From: Candidatus Eiseniibacteriota bacterium
Lineage (GTDB): Bacteria > Arandabacterota > Arandabacteria > Arandabacterales > Arandabacteraceae
Direction: 5' to 3'
Length of the DNA: 43,434 nt
Assembly (NCBI GenBank): GCA_043810925.1
Contig: JBDRNT010000096.1
Coordinates: 1-43,434 of the forward strand
The position numbers and the translations under genes are program-made. The notes beneath the pieces are model-generated. The model made no database searches and was not told the DNA's origin. It was given only the letters and a program-made list of their open reading frames with translations. Below are positions 35,266-43,434 of this stretch, piece by piece; positions within the stretch are counted from its first letter, which is position 1, and each line of letters opens with the position of its first letter.

Positions 35266-36301
35266 CCGTAAGCCTCCCCTCTTCCAACTCTTTCTCTATC
35301 TGGCCTGGTGTTAAACCTCTGGACAAATATAGCACACCGCCCGCCAGGCTGACAACAACTCCCACAACATAAGCGACGAGTCCCATTGTGAACGCCTGTT
35401 CACTGCTCAAGCCGGGAACCGCCCTGCAAAAGAAGAAGATCCCCAGTCCTTCCCTCACACCAAGTCCACCGATGGATATGGGCAGTGCTATAAAGATCGC
35501 GATAACAGGCACAAATAGAAAGAAGTATATCACCGGAATCTCCAGTCCCATTGCCGAGGAGACCTCATAGTGTACGATGACCCTGAAGGCCTGTACGATT
35601 ACTGCAACCACGAGGATCGCCGGCAGGTTCCGGACTGTCCCGCGATAGAGATGAAAGGACTCATACATCCGCTTAAAACGGTCGCGGCTTCCCCGTATCA
35701 TCAGCGGACGGGCAACCCTCCCGATCGATCTGGCCAGCCTCCTGCTGAATATCACGGCCGTTGTCAGACAGAGTATCCCTGTGAATGCCATTACTATCAC
35801 CAGACTCCACATTCCGAATTCACGTTCCAGACCCAGGGCTTCGTAACGAAACGCAACGTACGCGCCGGCAGGAACTGCAAGCAGGCCGAGGGCCACCATG
35901 CCGAAGAGCCTGTCTGTTACGGTCGCGGCAACGGTCTCGTCCACTTTGCCGCTCTCTCTGTAAACGTCGTAGACCCTCACGATGTCACCACCTATGTTGG
36001 CCGGCAAGAAGTTGTTGAAGAAGGCCCCGACGAAATAGAAGGACAGGGTTTTTCGAAAAGTCAGGTGAATCTTCTGAAGCGACAGCAGCATTACCCATTG
36101 AACATTGCCGAGAACAAGCGACGCGGCAAACGTGGCAAGCGCCGCCACCAGGAAATCCCATCTGACATCGACCAGGGTTGCCGCCGTTTTCGACAGGTTG
36201 AGTTTCGCAAGAAGCAGGAGGATAAGACCCGCACTGATTACGATCCGGGCGTTCCTCGTCTGGAGGAGATTCAGGATCCGGCCGGCACCCTGGCGACTCA
36301 T
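35255..36301 (-). CDS. LPG_synthase_TM flippase-like membrane protein
   Basis: FFNNFLPANIGGDIVR, DRLFG, LPISIGGLGVREG. Confidence 0.88.
   Translation of the reverse strand: MSRQGAGRILNLLQTRNARIVISAGLILLLLAKLNLSKTAATLVDVRWDFLVAALATFAASLVLGNVQWVMLLSLQKIHLTFRKTLSFYFVGAFFNNFLPANIGGDIVRVYDVYRESGKVDETVAATVTDRLFGMVALGLLAVPAGAYVAFRYEALGLEREFGMWSLVIVMAFTGILCLTTAVIFSRRLARSIGRVARPLMIRGSRDRFKRMYESFHLYRGTVRNLPAILVVAVIVQAFRVIVHYEVSSAMGLEIPVIYFFLFVPVIAIFIALPISIGGLGVREGLGIFFFCRAVPGLSSEQAFTMGLVAYVVGVVVSLAGGVLYLSRGLTPGQIEKELEEGRLTDAG
35326..35355 (-). promoter_or_regulatory. Candidate internal promoter upstream of the DUF2723 gene
   Basis: Minus strand TTGTCA (35355-35350), 18 nt spacer, TATATT (35331-35326) with TGn, about 60 nt upstream of ATG 35265. 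Confidence 0.4.
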
Positions 36302-37410
36302 GCCTTCTGAACCAGCTGGTCGATGACCTTGAGTATCGCGTCGGCTGAGTCGTCCCAGTTGAAACGCTTCGCCCAGTCGATCGCCTGCCGGCTCAGCGTG
36401 GTGCGGAGCGAGTGATTGGACAAAACCTGTTTGATTCTGGCTGCAAACCCGTCAATGTCTCCATAGGGTACCAGGAAGCCCGTCTCACCGTCGACTACGG
36501 CATCCCGCAGGCCGGGGACATCACTGGCTATGACAGGCGCCCCGCAGGCATTTGCTTCGATCACCGTAACACCCCAGCCTTCCTTGCTTGAGGGGTTGAC
36601 AACGACATGTGACTTTCTGAGCATGTCTATCTTTTCCTGTTCGCTGACCGACCCCATGAAATCCACCCGGTCACTGATGCCGAGTTTCCCGGCCTGGGTC
36701 ACGAGGGATGGGAGATAATCACCCGACCCTGCGAGCGCAAGGCGCACGTCCGGAATCGTCTTTGCGACAATCGCCAGGGCCTCAAGAAGATGGTCGACCC
36801 GCTTGTAACGTTTTATCCTGCCAACGTAGCCCACGAGCGGAACGGGGGACAGGGATGACTCAACGGGTGTATATCTCACGTGGTCGACCGCATTGTAGAC
36901 GATCTCGATGTTATCACGGGGTATGCCCCGTCTTACGAGATCATCACGCGTGCTCTCGGAGACCACCACGAACCGGGTTCTCTTGTACACCGTCGGAATC
37001 AGCAACTCGCCCGCGTATACGTACAACGCAAATGGAAGTAGCGTCTCGAGGAAAATCGTCTGCGCAAACAGATGATGCGCAAGCGCGAGCAGGGGCCGCT
37101 TTACATAAACCGGTGTGAAGAAGGGGATCTTGTTTATGTCGTCAACAACTATATCGAATGGCTCACTTCTCAAAAGTCTCTTTATGGCACCGGGGACACA
37201 GAAGTTGAACGTGAACTTGCCACCACACCTGACCACCCTGATCCCGTCTATCTCTTCTTCCGCCGGCGCGCCCCTGAAGGCCGACGTCAGGTGAGTCACC
37301 TTGTGGCCTCTGGTCACGAATCGTTTGGATATCTCATGAAGGTGAACTTCGGCGCCGCCCGCCTCCGGATCCTTGATGTCCCTCCAGTTGACTATGAGAA
37401 TCCTGTGCAT
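36298..37410 (-). CDS. GT4 glycosyltransferase
   Basis: NWRDIKDPEAGGAE, VGRIKRYKR, PSSKEGWGVTVIEANACG, SDVPGLRDAV. Confidence 0.92.
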   Translation of the reverse strand: MHRILIVNWRDIKDPEAGGAEVHLHEISKRFVTRGHKVTHLTSAFRGAPAEEEIDGIRVVRCGGKFTFNFCVPGAIKRLLRSEPFDIVVDDINKIPFFTPVYVKRPLLALAHHLFAQTIFLETLLPFALYVYAGELLIPTVYKRTRFVVVSESTRDDLVRRGIPRDNIEIVYNAVDHVRYTPVESSLSPVPLVGYVGRIKRYKRVDHLLEALAIVAKTIPDVRLALAGSGDYLPSLVTQAGKLGISDRVDFMGSVSEQEKIDMLRKSHVVVNPSSKEGWGVTVIEANACGAPVIASDVPGLRDAVVDGETGFLVPYGDIDGFAARIKQVLSNHSLRTTLSRQAIDWAKRFNWDDSADAILKVIDQLVQKA

Positions 37411-37412
37411 CT

Positions 37413-38141
37413 CTACTCACCCCATGAAAGCCGGTTGGCGAGCACTGAAGGAAGACCGGCCTCCTTTATCTTCGTCTGCGCCTGCTCGATATCATATGCG
37501 ATGCGTCTGATCGCGATCTCACCCTGCTCTTTATCGTAGATACAGAGACACGCCCTTGGGTCGCTGTCTCGGGGTTGGCCCGTGCTGCCTACGTTTACAA
37601 TGTAGCGGCGGTCATCTCTTATCTTCACGTGGTCGGAGTTCATTATGATTGTCTCTTCATCCATCAGTTCAAATATGCAGGGTTGATGTGAGTGCCCGAC
37701 GAAACAGATTTGCTCTGAGAAGGCCTTGAACTCGTCAATCGCCTGCTGGTGAGTAAAGATGTAGTTCCACTTGCCGGGATCCTGCGGTGTCGCATGGACG
37801 ATCCGGAATTGCCCGCCTTCGACATGACTCAGGGGGAGCGCTCGCAGGAACTCAAGTCCGCTTTCATCGAGCGTCTTCGCAGTCCAGATTATCGCCTCGC
37901 GGGCATACCGGTTGAAGTACGTTATGTCCGTAAGCCCCGTCACTCCGCAATCGTGGTTACCGCAGACCGTGACCGATGCCAGCCCCCGCGTGATTTTGAC
38001 ACACTCGTTCGGAGACGCGCCATAGCCCACAACATCCCCCAGGCAGAGGATCTTATCGGGCCCGATCCGCTCAATCTCGGATCTGGCCGCCTCAAGGGCC
38101 TCCAGGTTGGCGTGTATGTCAGAGATTATCGCGTAAGTCAC
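37413..38141 (-). CDS. Calcineurin-like metallophosphoesterase
   Basis: SDIHAN, LGDVVGYG, GNHD, GHSH, NVGSTGQPRD; start reassigned to GTG 38141. Confidence 0.88.
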   Translation of the reverse strand: MTYAIISDIHANLEALEAARSEIERIGPDKILCLGDVVGYGASPNECVKITRGLASVTVCGNHDCGVTGLTDITYFNRYAREAIIWTAKTLDESGLEFLRALPLSHVEGGQFRIVHATPQDPGKWNYIFTHQQAIDEFKAFSEQICFVGHSHQPCIFELMDEETIIMNSDHVKIRDDRRYIVNVGSTGQPRDSDPRACLCIYDKEQGEIAIRRIAYDIEQAQTKIKEAGLPSVLANRLSWGE

Positions 38142-38559
38142 TTTTGATCCTGGCAACCTTATCAAGAATCCCATTAACAAATCTACCGGAATTCTCAGTC
38201 GAGAATTTTTTTGCTATTTCAATAGCCTCGTTTATCGTAACTTTCTCGGGCACATCGTCCATATAGAGTATCTCGGCCGTCCCGAGCCTCAGCACGTTTC
38301 TGTCTATCGCCGCCATTCTCTCGATATCCCAGTTCTCGGCCACCTGCACGATCAAATCGTCGATCGATGCGAGATGCTCCAGGGTAAGTTCGACCAGCTT
38401 CATCGCAAACTCAAGCACCTCGGGCTTCTTGCATGTCATCCTGAGCCGGTCCCTGGCCTCCTCTGCCTCAAGGCTACTCATCTCCATCTCGTAAAGCGTC
38501 TTGACGACCGCTATCCGGGCCCTCCGTTTCAGGCTGGATATCGAGACATCCTGTTTCAT
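38119..38559 (-). CDS. nusB: Transcription antitermination factor NusB
   Basis: RRARIAVVKTLY, NWDIERMAAIDRNVLRLG, INEAIEIAKKFS, FVNGILD; canonical position after ribH. Confidence 0.96.
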   Translation of the reverse strand: MKQDVSISSLKRRARIAVVKTLYEMEMSSLEAEEARDRLRMTCKKPEVLEFAMKLVELTLEHLASIDDLIVQVAENWDIERMAAIDRNVLRLGTAEILYMDDVPEKVTINEAIEIAKKFSTENSGRFVNGILDKVARIKSDLRDNL

Positions 38560-39038
38560 TTGCCTGCCTTCGGTCTCATCCTGTCAAAGAGATCTACCAT
38601 CTCAAGTGCGGAAAGAGCAGCATCCCATCCCTTGTTCCCGCTCTTGCCACCCGACCGCTCCTGCGCCTGATCCAGCGAATCCGCGGTGATCACACCGAAT
38701 ATGACCGGTATGGCTGTATCCTCTCCCACCCTTGCTACACCTTTGGCGACCTCCGAAGCTATGAAATCGAAGTGCGGGGTCGCACCCCTTATCAGCGCCC
38801 CAAGGCATACCACGGCATCGTACGTTCCCGTTCCCACGGCCCGCCGGGCACCCGCCGGCAACTCGAATGATCCGGGCACCCAGATAACATCGATCTTCGC
38901 ATCCTCGGTGTTGTGTCTGCGAAGACAGTCGAGGGCACCTTCGAGCAGGCGCGTGGAGATCGCGTCATTGAACCTGCTCACCACGATCGCGAATCTGCGT
39001 TTCCTCCCGTCAAGAATCCCCTGGAATACCTTTCCCAT
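38556..39038 (-). CDS. ribH: 6,7-dimethyl-8-ribityllumazine synthase
   Basis: IVVSRFN, VPGSFELP, IRGATPHFD, GNKG. Confidence 0.97.
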   Translation of the reverse strand: MGKVFQGILDGRKRRFAIVVSRFNDAISTRLLEGALDCLRRHNTEDAKIDVIWVPGSFELPAGARRAVGTGTYDAVVCLGALIRGATPHFDFIASEVAKGVARVGEDTAIPVIFGVITADSLDQAQERSGGKSGNKGWDAALSALEMVDLFDRMRPKAGK

Positions 39039-39064
39039 CTTTAGCCTCCTCTCCTATCCGTCAC

Positions 39065-40273
39065 TCAGATGTTCTCAAAAAGGTGACCCAGCTTGGCGCG
39101 CTTCGCCGTCAGATAGTCCACGTTATGCGGCGTCGGGCTCATCTCTATAGGTATCCTCTCAACCACCTCGAGACCGTACGCCTCAAGCCCGACTATCTTG
39201 CGGGGGTTGTTTGTAAGAAGCCGGATCCTGTTCAGACCCAGGTCGGCCAGAATCTGTGCTCCTATGCCGTAGTCTCTCGGGTCGGGCGGGAAGCCCAACT
39301 CCTCGTTGGCCTCGACCGTGTCCTTTCCTCCGTCCTGGAGGGCATACGCCATGATCTTGTTGGCCAGCCCTATGCTACGTCCCTCCTGTCTCATGTACAG
39401 GAAAACACCATGCCCGTCCTGCTCGATCATTTCGAGCGCCTTCACCATCTGCTGCCCGCAGTCGCACCTCAGTGAACCGAAGATGTCGCCTGTGAGGCAC
39501 TGGGAGTGAACCCTGACCAGCGGCAGCGTGCCCGCCTTCGCCGGGTCGCCTTTGACCAGGGCGATGTGATGATGACCGGTCAGCACGCTTTCATAGAGGT
39601 AGAGATGAAAGTCCCCGTACTTGCTTGGAAGATGCGTGTTCACCAGTCTCTTTATCAGAACCTCTTTCTTCCTTCTGTACTCGATCAGGTCGGCAATCGT
39701 AATGATCTTAAGCCCGTACTCCTCCGCCATCTCCATCAGCCGCGGTACCCGCGCCATGGAGCCGTCGTCGTCCATTATTTCGCAGAGAACACCCGCCGGA
39801 TATAGGCCTGCAAGCTTGGAAAGATCGACGACCGCTTCCGTGTGACCGGCCCTTCTTAAGACCCCGCCCTCAAGTGCTTTGAGCGGGAAAACATGGCCCG
39901 GTCTCGCCAGATCTGCGGGTTTGGCGCCCGGATCGATGAGAACCGCCACCGTGGCCGCCCTGTCGTGGGCCGAGCTTCCCGTAGAAGTCTTGTGCAATGC
40001 ATCGACCGAGATCGTAAATGGGGTACCCATTCTCGCGGTGTTCTCGACCACCATCGGGCCGAGCCCGAGCTCATCCAGCCGCTGCGCCGTCATGGGAACG
40101 CAGATAAGACCCCGGCCGTACTTGGCCATGAAGTTTATGGCCTCGGGCGTCACCTTATCCGCCGGAAGAATGAAGTCACCCTCGTTCTCCCGGTCCTCAT
40201 CGTCGACCACGATTATCATCTTTCCCTGCTTGATGTCCTCTATCGCTCCCTCTACAGCATCGAACCCTTTCAC
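39065..40273 (-). CDS. ribBA: Bifunctional DHBP synthase / GTP cyclohydrolase II
   Basis: [47 protein letters not shown]. Confidence 0.97.
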   Translation of the reverse strand: MKGFDAVEGAIEDIKQGKMIIVVDDEDRENEGDFILPADKVTPEAINFMAKYGRGLICVPMTAQRLDELGLGPMVVENTARMGTPFTISVDALHKTSTGSSAHDRAATVAVLIDPGAKPADLARPGHVFPLKALEGGVLRRAGHTEAVVDLSKLAGLYPAGVLCEIMDDDGSMARVPRLMEMAEEYGLKIITIADLIEYRRKKEVLIKRLVNTHLPSKYGDFHLYLYESVLTGHHHIALVKGDPAKAGTLPLVRVHSQCLTGDIFGSLRCDCGQQMVKALEMIEQDGHGVFLYMRQEGRSIGLANKIMAYALQDGGKDTVEANEELGFPPDPRDYGIGAQILADLGLNRIRLLTNNPRKIVGLEAYGLEVVERIPIEMSPTPHNVDYLTAKRAKLGHLFENI

Positions 40274-40878
40274 TCCTTCCGACCTCCCTTCACGCGAGTC
40301 CCCGGTGCAAGGTATTTCGCCAACTGATCTACCTCCACGTTGACGGACGTACCGGTCCGCCAGGTTTCCAGAATCGTACTTTCCAACGTATGCGGAATCA
40401 CGGTTACCTCAACCATCGAACCCCGAACGGCTTTGACGGTGAGACTGACGCCGTCCAGACTTATCGAACCCTTATCATGTACGTACCGGGTGAACCCATC
40501 CGGGATCTGGACAGTGAAGTCCACGTTCCGGCGACTCACGTTTCTTCGAACCCTCACAATGCCCGTGCAGTCGATATGGCCGGACACCAGGTGTCCGGAG
40601 ATCCTGTCACCAAGCCTGAGCGCGGGCTCAAGGTTGACACGCGAACCCGGAGTGAGTGTTGAGAGACTTGTAAGCCGCAGGGTCTCGGCCACAGTCTCGA
40701 ATGAGAAGGCATGTTGCGATACAGCGGTCACCGTCTGGCAGACTCCGTTTACCGCCACGCTATCCCCGACCGCCAGTTCCGGGGCGGTCTTGCGGGCATC
40801 GACGGAGATCGACACAGCACCGCTCTTTCCGGCCACCGATCTCACCTTCCCGACTTCAGCTATGATCCCCGTGAACAT
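40270..40878 (-). CDS. ribE: Riboflavin synthase (alpha chain)
   Basis: [45 protein letters not shown]. Confidence 0.96.
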   Translation of the reverse strand: MFTGIIAEVGKVRSVAGKSGAVSISVDARKTAPELAVGDSVAVNGVCQTVTAVSQHAFSFETVAETLRLTSLSTLTPGSRVNLEPALRLGDRISGHLVSGHIDCTGIVRVRRNVSRRNVDFTVQIPDGFTRYVHDKGSISLDGVSLTVKAVRGSMVEVTVIPHTLESTILETWRTGTSVNVEVDQLAKYLAPGTRVKGGRKE

Positions 40879-40882
40879 GCTG

Positions 40883-41986
40883 TCACCTTACCGGATAGAA
40901 TATGAGCAGAACGTCTTCGCCGACACGTTGGGTATCATCCAGATCATAACGATAGCACGTGTCGAGCCCTTTTACATCAAGATTCACGAATGAGCCCAGC
41001 CCGTCCTTATCCCCCATGAGTTTGGGCGCGACAAAGACCGCAAGTTTATCAACCAGACCGGAACGCATGAAAGACGAAGCCACCGCGCTCCCGCCTTCCA
41101 CGAAGGCGTGCATCACGCCCATGGAAGCCAGATCGTCCACTGCCTCGTGAAGATCAACGCGGCCGTCCGCGGTGCTTCCCATCCTCCTGACGATAACGCC
41201 CGCCTTCTCAAGCCGGAGCCGCCGGCTCTTCGAGCCACGGCAGCAATAGACGATCGTTGGTAGAGACCGGGCCGTCGTTACGAGGTCGCATTCAAGAGAT
41301 ATCGAAAGCCGGCTGTCAAGAACGCACCGGTAGTAGTTGCGCTTCCTTCGGGGCACCGGAAAGAGACCCGGATTGTCCTTGATCACTGTGCCCGCACCCA
41401 CCACTATGGCCTGGGCATCCGCCCTCATCCGGCGTCCCATTCGTCTTGCCGGTGCGGATGTGATCCATCTCGACCGTCCATCCCGCATAGCGATCTTACC
41501 GTCAATCGTCTGTGCGGTCTTCAGTGTGACGAACGGCCTTCCATCCTTCATGAACTTGTAATAAGCTTCATTGAGTCTTACCGCAGCGTTCGCCTCGAGA
41601 CCGGCCTCGACGTCTATCCCGTGCTTCCTGAGAATCTTGAGTCCCTTCCCTCTCACTGCCGGATTCGGATCGACTGTCGCTACCACGACACGCTTAATCC
41701 CACTCTCGATGATCGCATCAGTACAAGGGGGCGTCTTACCATGGGTGCAACAGGGTTCAAGCGTGACGAAGAGATCGGCCCCCTTCGCACGAGCACCTGA
41801 GCTGCGGATCGCCTCAACCTCGGCGTGAGGAAGCCCCCACCTCCGGTGAAAACCTCTGCCCACGATCCGCGTGCCCCGGGCGATGATCGCACCTACGGCC
41901 GGATTAGGGTAGGTCTGTCCCCTGCCCTTCTCCGCCTCCATAAGCGCGGCGCACATCAGTTTCTTCGCCCACTCATGCCGGTCCAT
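40883..41986 (-). CDS. ribD: Bifunctional diaminohydroxyphosphoribosylaminopyrimidine deaminase / reductase
   Basis: PNPAVGA, HAEVEA, TLEPCC.HGKTPPC, DGKIA, SRWIT, VEGG. Confidence 0.96.
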   Translation of the reverse strand: MDRHEWAKKLMCAALMEAEKGRGQTYPNPAVGAIIARGTRIVGRGFHRRWGLPHAEVEAIRSSGARAKGADLFVTLEPCCTHGKTPPCTDAIIESGIKRVVVATVDPNPAVRGKGLKILRKHGIDVEAGLEANAAVRLNEAYYKFMKDGRPFVTLKTAQTIDGKIAMRDGRSRWITSAPARRMGRRMRADAQAIVVGAGTVIKDNPGLFPVPRRKRNYYRCVLDSRLSISLECDLVTTARSLPTIVYCCRGSKSRRLRLEKAGVIVRRMGSTADGRVDLHEAVDDLASMGVMHAFVEGGSAVASSFMRSGLVDKLAVFVAPKLMGDKDGLGSFVNLDVKGLDTCYRYDLDDTQRVGEDVLLIFYPVR

Positions 41987-42006
41987 ACGCGATCCCTGGT
42001 CCGCAC

Positions 42007-42036
42007 AAAAAACAAACCCGAGGTTAACCCTCGGGG
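42007..42036 (-). terminator. Intrinsic terminator in the FMN riboswitch expression platform
   Basis: Minus strand cccgagg-gttaa-cctcggg hairpin followed by tttgtttttt, between the aptamer and ribD. Confidence 0.8.
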
Positions 42037-42052
42037 CTCAATGTCACTTACG

Positions 42053-42165
42053 AACCTTCTCTCGTCCGGACTTTACCGTCGGCTCCGGAGTTTCACCGGA
42101 TCTGCAGATCTCTCTGCTCGCGGGCTCTCACCGCCGGTGGGGACTCTCACCCCGCCCCGAAGGTC
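42053..42165 (-). ncRNA. FMN riboswitch (RFN element)
   Basis: Minus strand ccttcggggcggggtgagagtccccaccggcggt..agcccgcgagc..gcagatccggtgaaactccggagccgacggtaaagtccggacgagagaagg matches the RFN consensus; upstream of ribD. Confidence 0.97.
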
Positions 42166-42177
42166 TATTTCCACCGC

Positions 42178-42206
42178 AATCTAACATATGCCGGCGCACC
42201 TGTCAA
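42178..42206 (-). promoter_or_regulatory. Sigma70-type promoter of the riboswitch/rib operon
   Basis: TTGACA (42206-42201), 17 nt spacer, TAGATT (42183-42178) with TGn; the start site would fall just upstream of the aptamer. Confidence 0.78.
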
Positions 42207-42224
42207 CAAAAACGAAACCACCGG

Positions 42225-42272
42225 TGCCGTATCAGGCGAGGTCCTTCAGGTTCAAGTCCTGGCCGGCTCCCC
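42225..42272 (+). other. Degenerate tRNA 3'-half-like fragment
   Basis: T-arm tcagg-TTCAAGT-cctgg (42246-42262), preceded by a gaggtc variable-loop-like segment and a gcc-gtatca-ggc hairpin; no D-arm, no CCA. Confidence 0.4.
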
Positions 42273-42545
42273 GGACAAATGTCTGAAAGCGTGGTTCTGT
42301 GGGATCTCGTGTTAATCACAGCAAAGCGTATCGCCAAGGGCTATATGAGCCTGTCTCTCGCCCGCGGCGAGCGGACTGCCGCCAGAAAACCAGGCCAAGA
42401 ATCTCTGGTTATGGCTGGAGCAGTTCTTGGGTGAAGATCCATTGCCCAACTCGCCCAGGGGCATCACCCTGCTGGTGCAGGCCGGCTACGAGCCGCCCCC
42501 GCCACAGGACCGACTAAGTCAGAGTCGAATGGCCATTCCACCCGT

Positions 42546-43193
42546 TCACTCCTCGATGAACAACCCCCCGCATCTGACAGTCACCCCTTCGGCAGCTGCA
42601 ATACTGCTGACAATTCCTACAGTGACTCCTAGCTTGCCATCCAATAACAAGCTGCACTCCCGATTCATATCGGCCGAAAAGCAAGTTATCGAGATGGTCG
42701 ATCCATCTTCAGTAAGCCGAAAGTACTCGCAGTCGCCGGCCTGCATTCTGATTATCCCTCCCACCTTAATCACTTTGCCGGGATAGCAAGCGTCCTTGAA
42801 GTCCACACCTGCGGGGTCTTCAACAGCCGCCAGAATGCCTGCTGGTGTTCTCATTCGCATCTTCCTATAAAGTAAGAACAGTGCTGATTCGTCATTCAGA
42901 TCCTGTAGTTTCTTCAGACTGTGCAGAACAGACGTCCCGCTATCTCTCTCCAACTTTGGCAACCAGTCAGGCAAGCCCATTAGGCCGGTATGGCTGTACG
43001 TAATCTCGTGCGGGCCTTCGTAGTCGACAAGTAACGAACTCTCATCATATTCCTTGACCACCTTCTCGAACCACTTAGCCATCTTCTTCCAGACTGGTGG
43101 CCTCTCAAGCTCAGTCATCTTGATCGAAAGCCCGCGCTTCTTGACCTCTTGCACGACTTCTTGGTTCATAAAGACGAGCACAGCACTTGCCAT
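42546..43193 (-). CDS. Hypothetical protein (215 aa)
   Basis: ATG start 3 nt after the upstream stop; protein-like composition; no family recognised. Confidence 0.7.
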   Translation of the reverse strand: MASAVLVFMNQEVVQEVKKRGLSIKMTELERPPVWKKMAKWFEKVVKEYDESSLLVDYEGPHEITYSHTGLMGLPDWLPKLERDSGTSVLHSLKKLQDLNDESALFLLYRKMRMRTPAGILAAVEDPAGVDFKDACYPGKVIKVGGIIRMQAGDCEYFRLTEDGSTISITCFSADMNRECSLLLDGKLGVTVGIVSSIAAAEGVTVRCGGLFIEE

Positions 43194-43196
43194 TCT

Positions 43197-43433
43197 CTAA
43201 ATCCTTACTAATACGGGCTCTGATTCTTGCCACAGTGATCCAAAGCACAGACACTCGTTGCGGTGAAGATGTTTAAGCTGGTCCGTGTCCAGGCCCGAAA
43301 TCTGTTTCCGAACCCACTCGAGATCTTCTGCCTTAGACATCCTGAAAAGGAAGTACGAATCGATATTCAGTACGGGCGGCAGTGAACCTGGAGACGAGCT
43401 CACCAGATAAAGCCTCTGGAGATAGCTCCCACG
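43197..43433 (-). CDS. C-terminal fragment of a gene running off the window; possibly HerA/DUF87-like ATPase C-terminus
   Basis: Frame is open to the window edge: RGSYLQRLYLVSSSPGSLPPVLNIDSYFLFRMSKAEDLEWV...LKHLHRNECLCFG...PVLVRI. This loosely follows the HerA C-terminal pattern (SQxP...FRl...Dl..v...L..L..gEal..G...Pvlv.i). Confidence 0.45.
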   Translation of the reverse strand, partial: RGSYLQRLYLVSSSPGSLPPVLNIDSYFLFRMSKAEDLEWVRKQISGLDTDQLKHLHRNECLCFGSLWQESEPVLVRI

Positions 43434-43434
43434 T

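Noticed and set aside
42205-42275. Complete tRNA gene
   Set aside because: No D-arm, acceptor 5' strand or CCA; kept only as a fragment.
42299-42786. + strand ORFs 42299..42517 and 42427..42786
   Set aside because: No clear RBS or motifs; the second overlaps the better-supported 42546..43193 antisense. A decayed gene cannot be excluded.
1-43434. CRISPR array, IS/transposase, integrase, prophage or rRNA
   Set aside because: No regularly spaced direct repeats or recognisable mobile-element or rRNA sequence seen.

Overview
GC-rich bacterial DNA. The T9SS-type C-terminal domains, a PorZ-like protein and a 'WGxIK' C-terminal motif suggest an FCB-superphylum candidate lineage such as Eisenbacteria or Krumholzibacteriota (inference). 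The core is a minus-strand array of 28 tightly coupled genes (41986 to 7619, no gap over 26 nt). It opens with an FMN riboswitch and ribD-ribE-ribBA-ribH-nusB and continues into a large cell-envelope glycosylation locus. That locus has four GT-C membrane glycosyltransferases (one DUF2723/TMEM260-like TPR protein, two GT39/ArnT-like, one YfhO-like), three polyprenyl-phosphate sugar synthases, three LPG_synthase_TM flippase-like domains, WecB, GT4s and a GT2 fused to a degenerate phosphoglycosyltransferase. It ends with a PorZ-like propeller followed by an SDR / DegT / FemAB-GNAT / amidohydrolase / GT / Wzx cassette, which resembles a T9SS anchor-glycan (Wbp/Vim-like) pathway with different chemistry. 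Downstream are a CTD-bearing metalloprotease, a PpiC/SurA-like chaperone, a fifth GT-C-TPR gene (+ strand) and two tandem paralogous secreted proteins; the complete one is Cys-rich and ends in SSWGDIKRIYR. The right end has a tRNA-like fragment, a hypothetical gene and a truncated, possibly HerA-like gene. All family calls come from motif recognition by eye; no database search was run.
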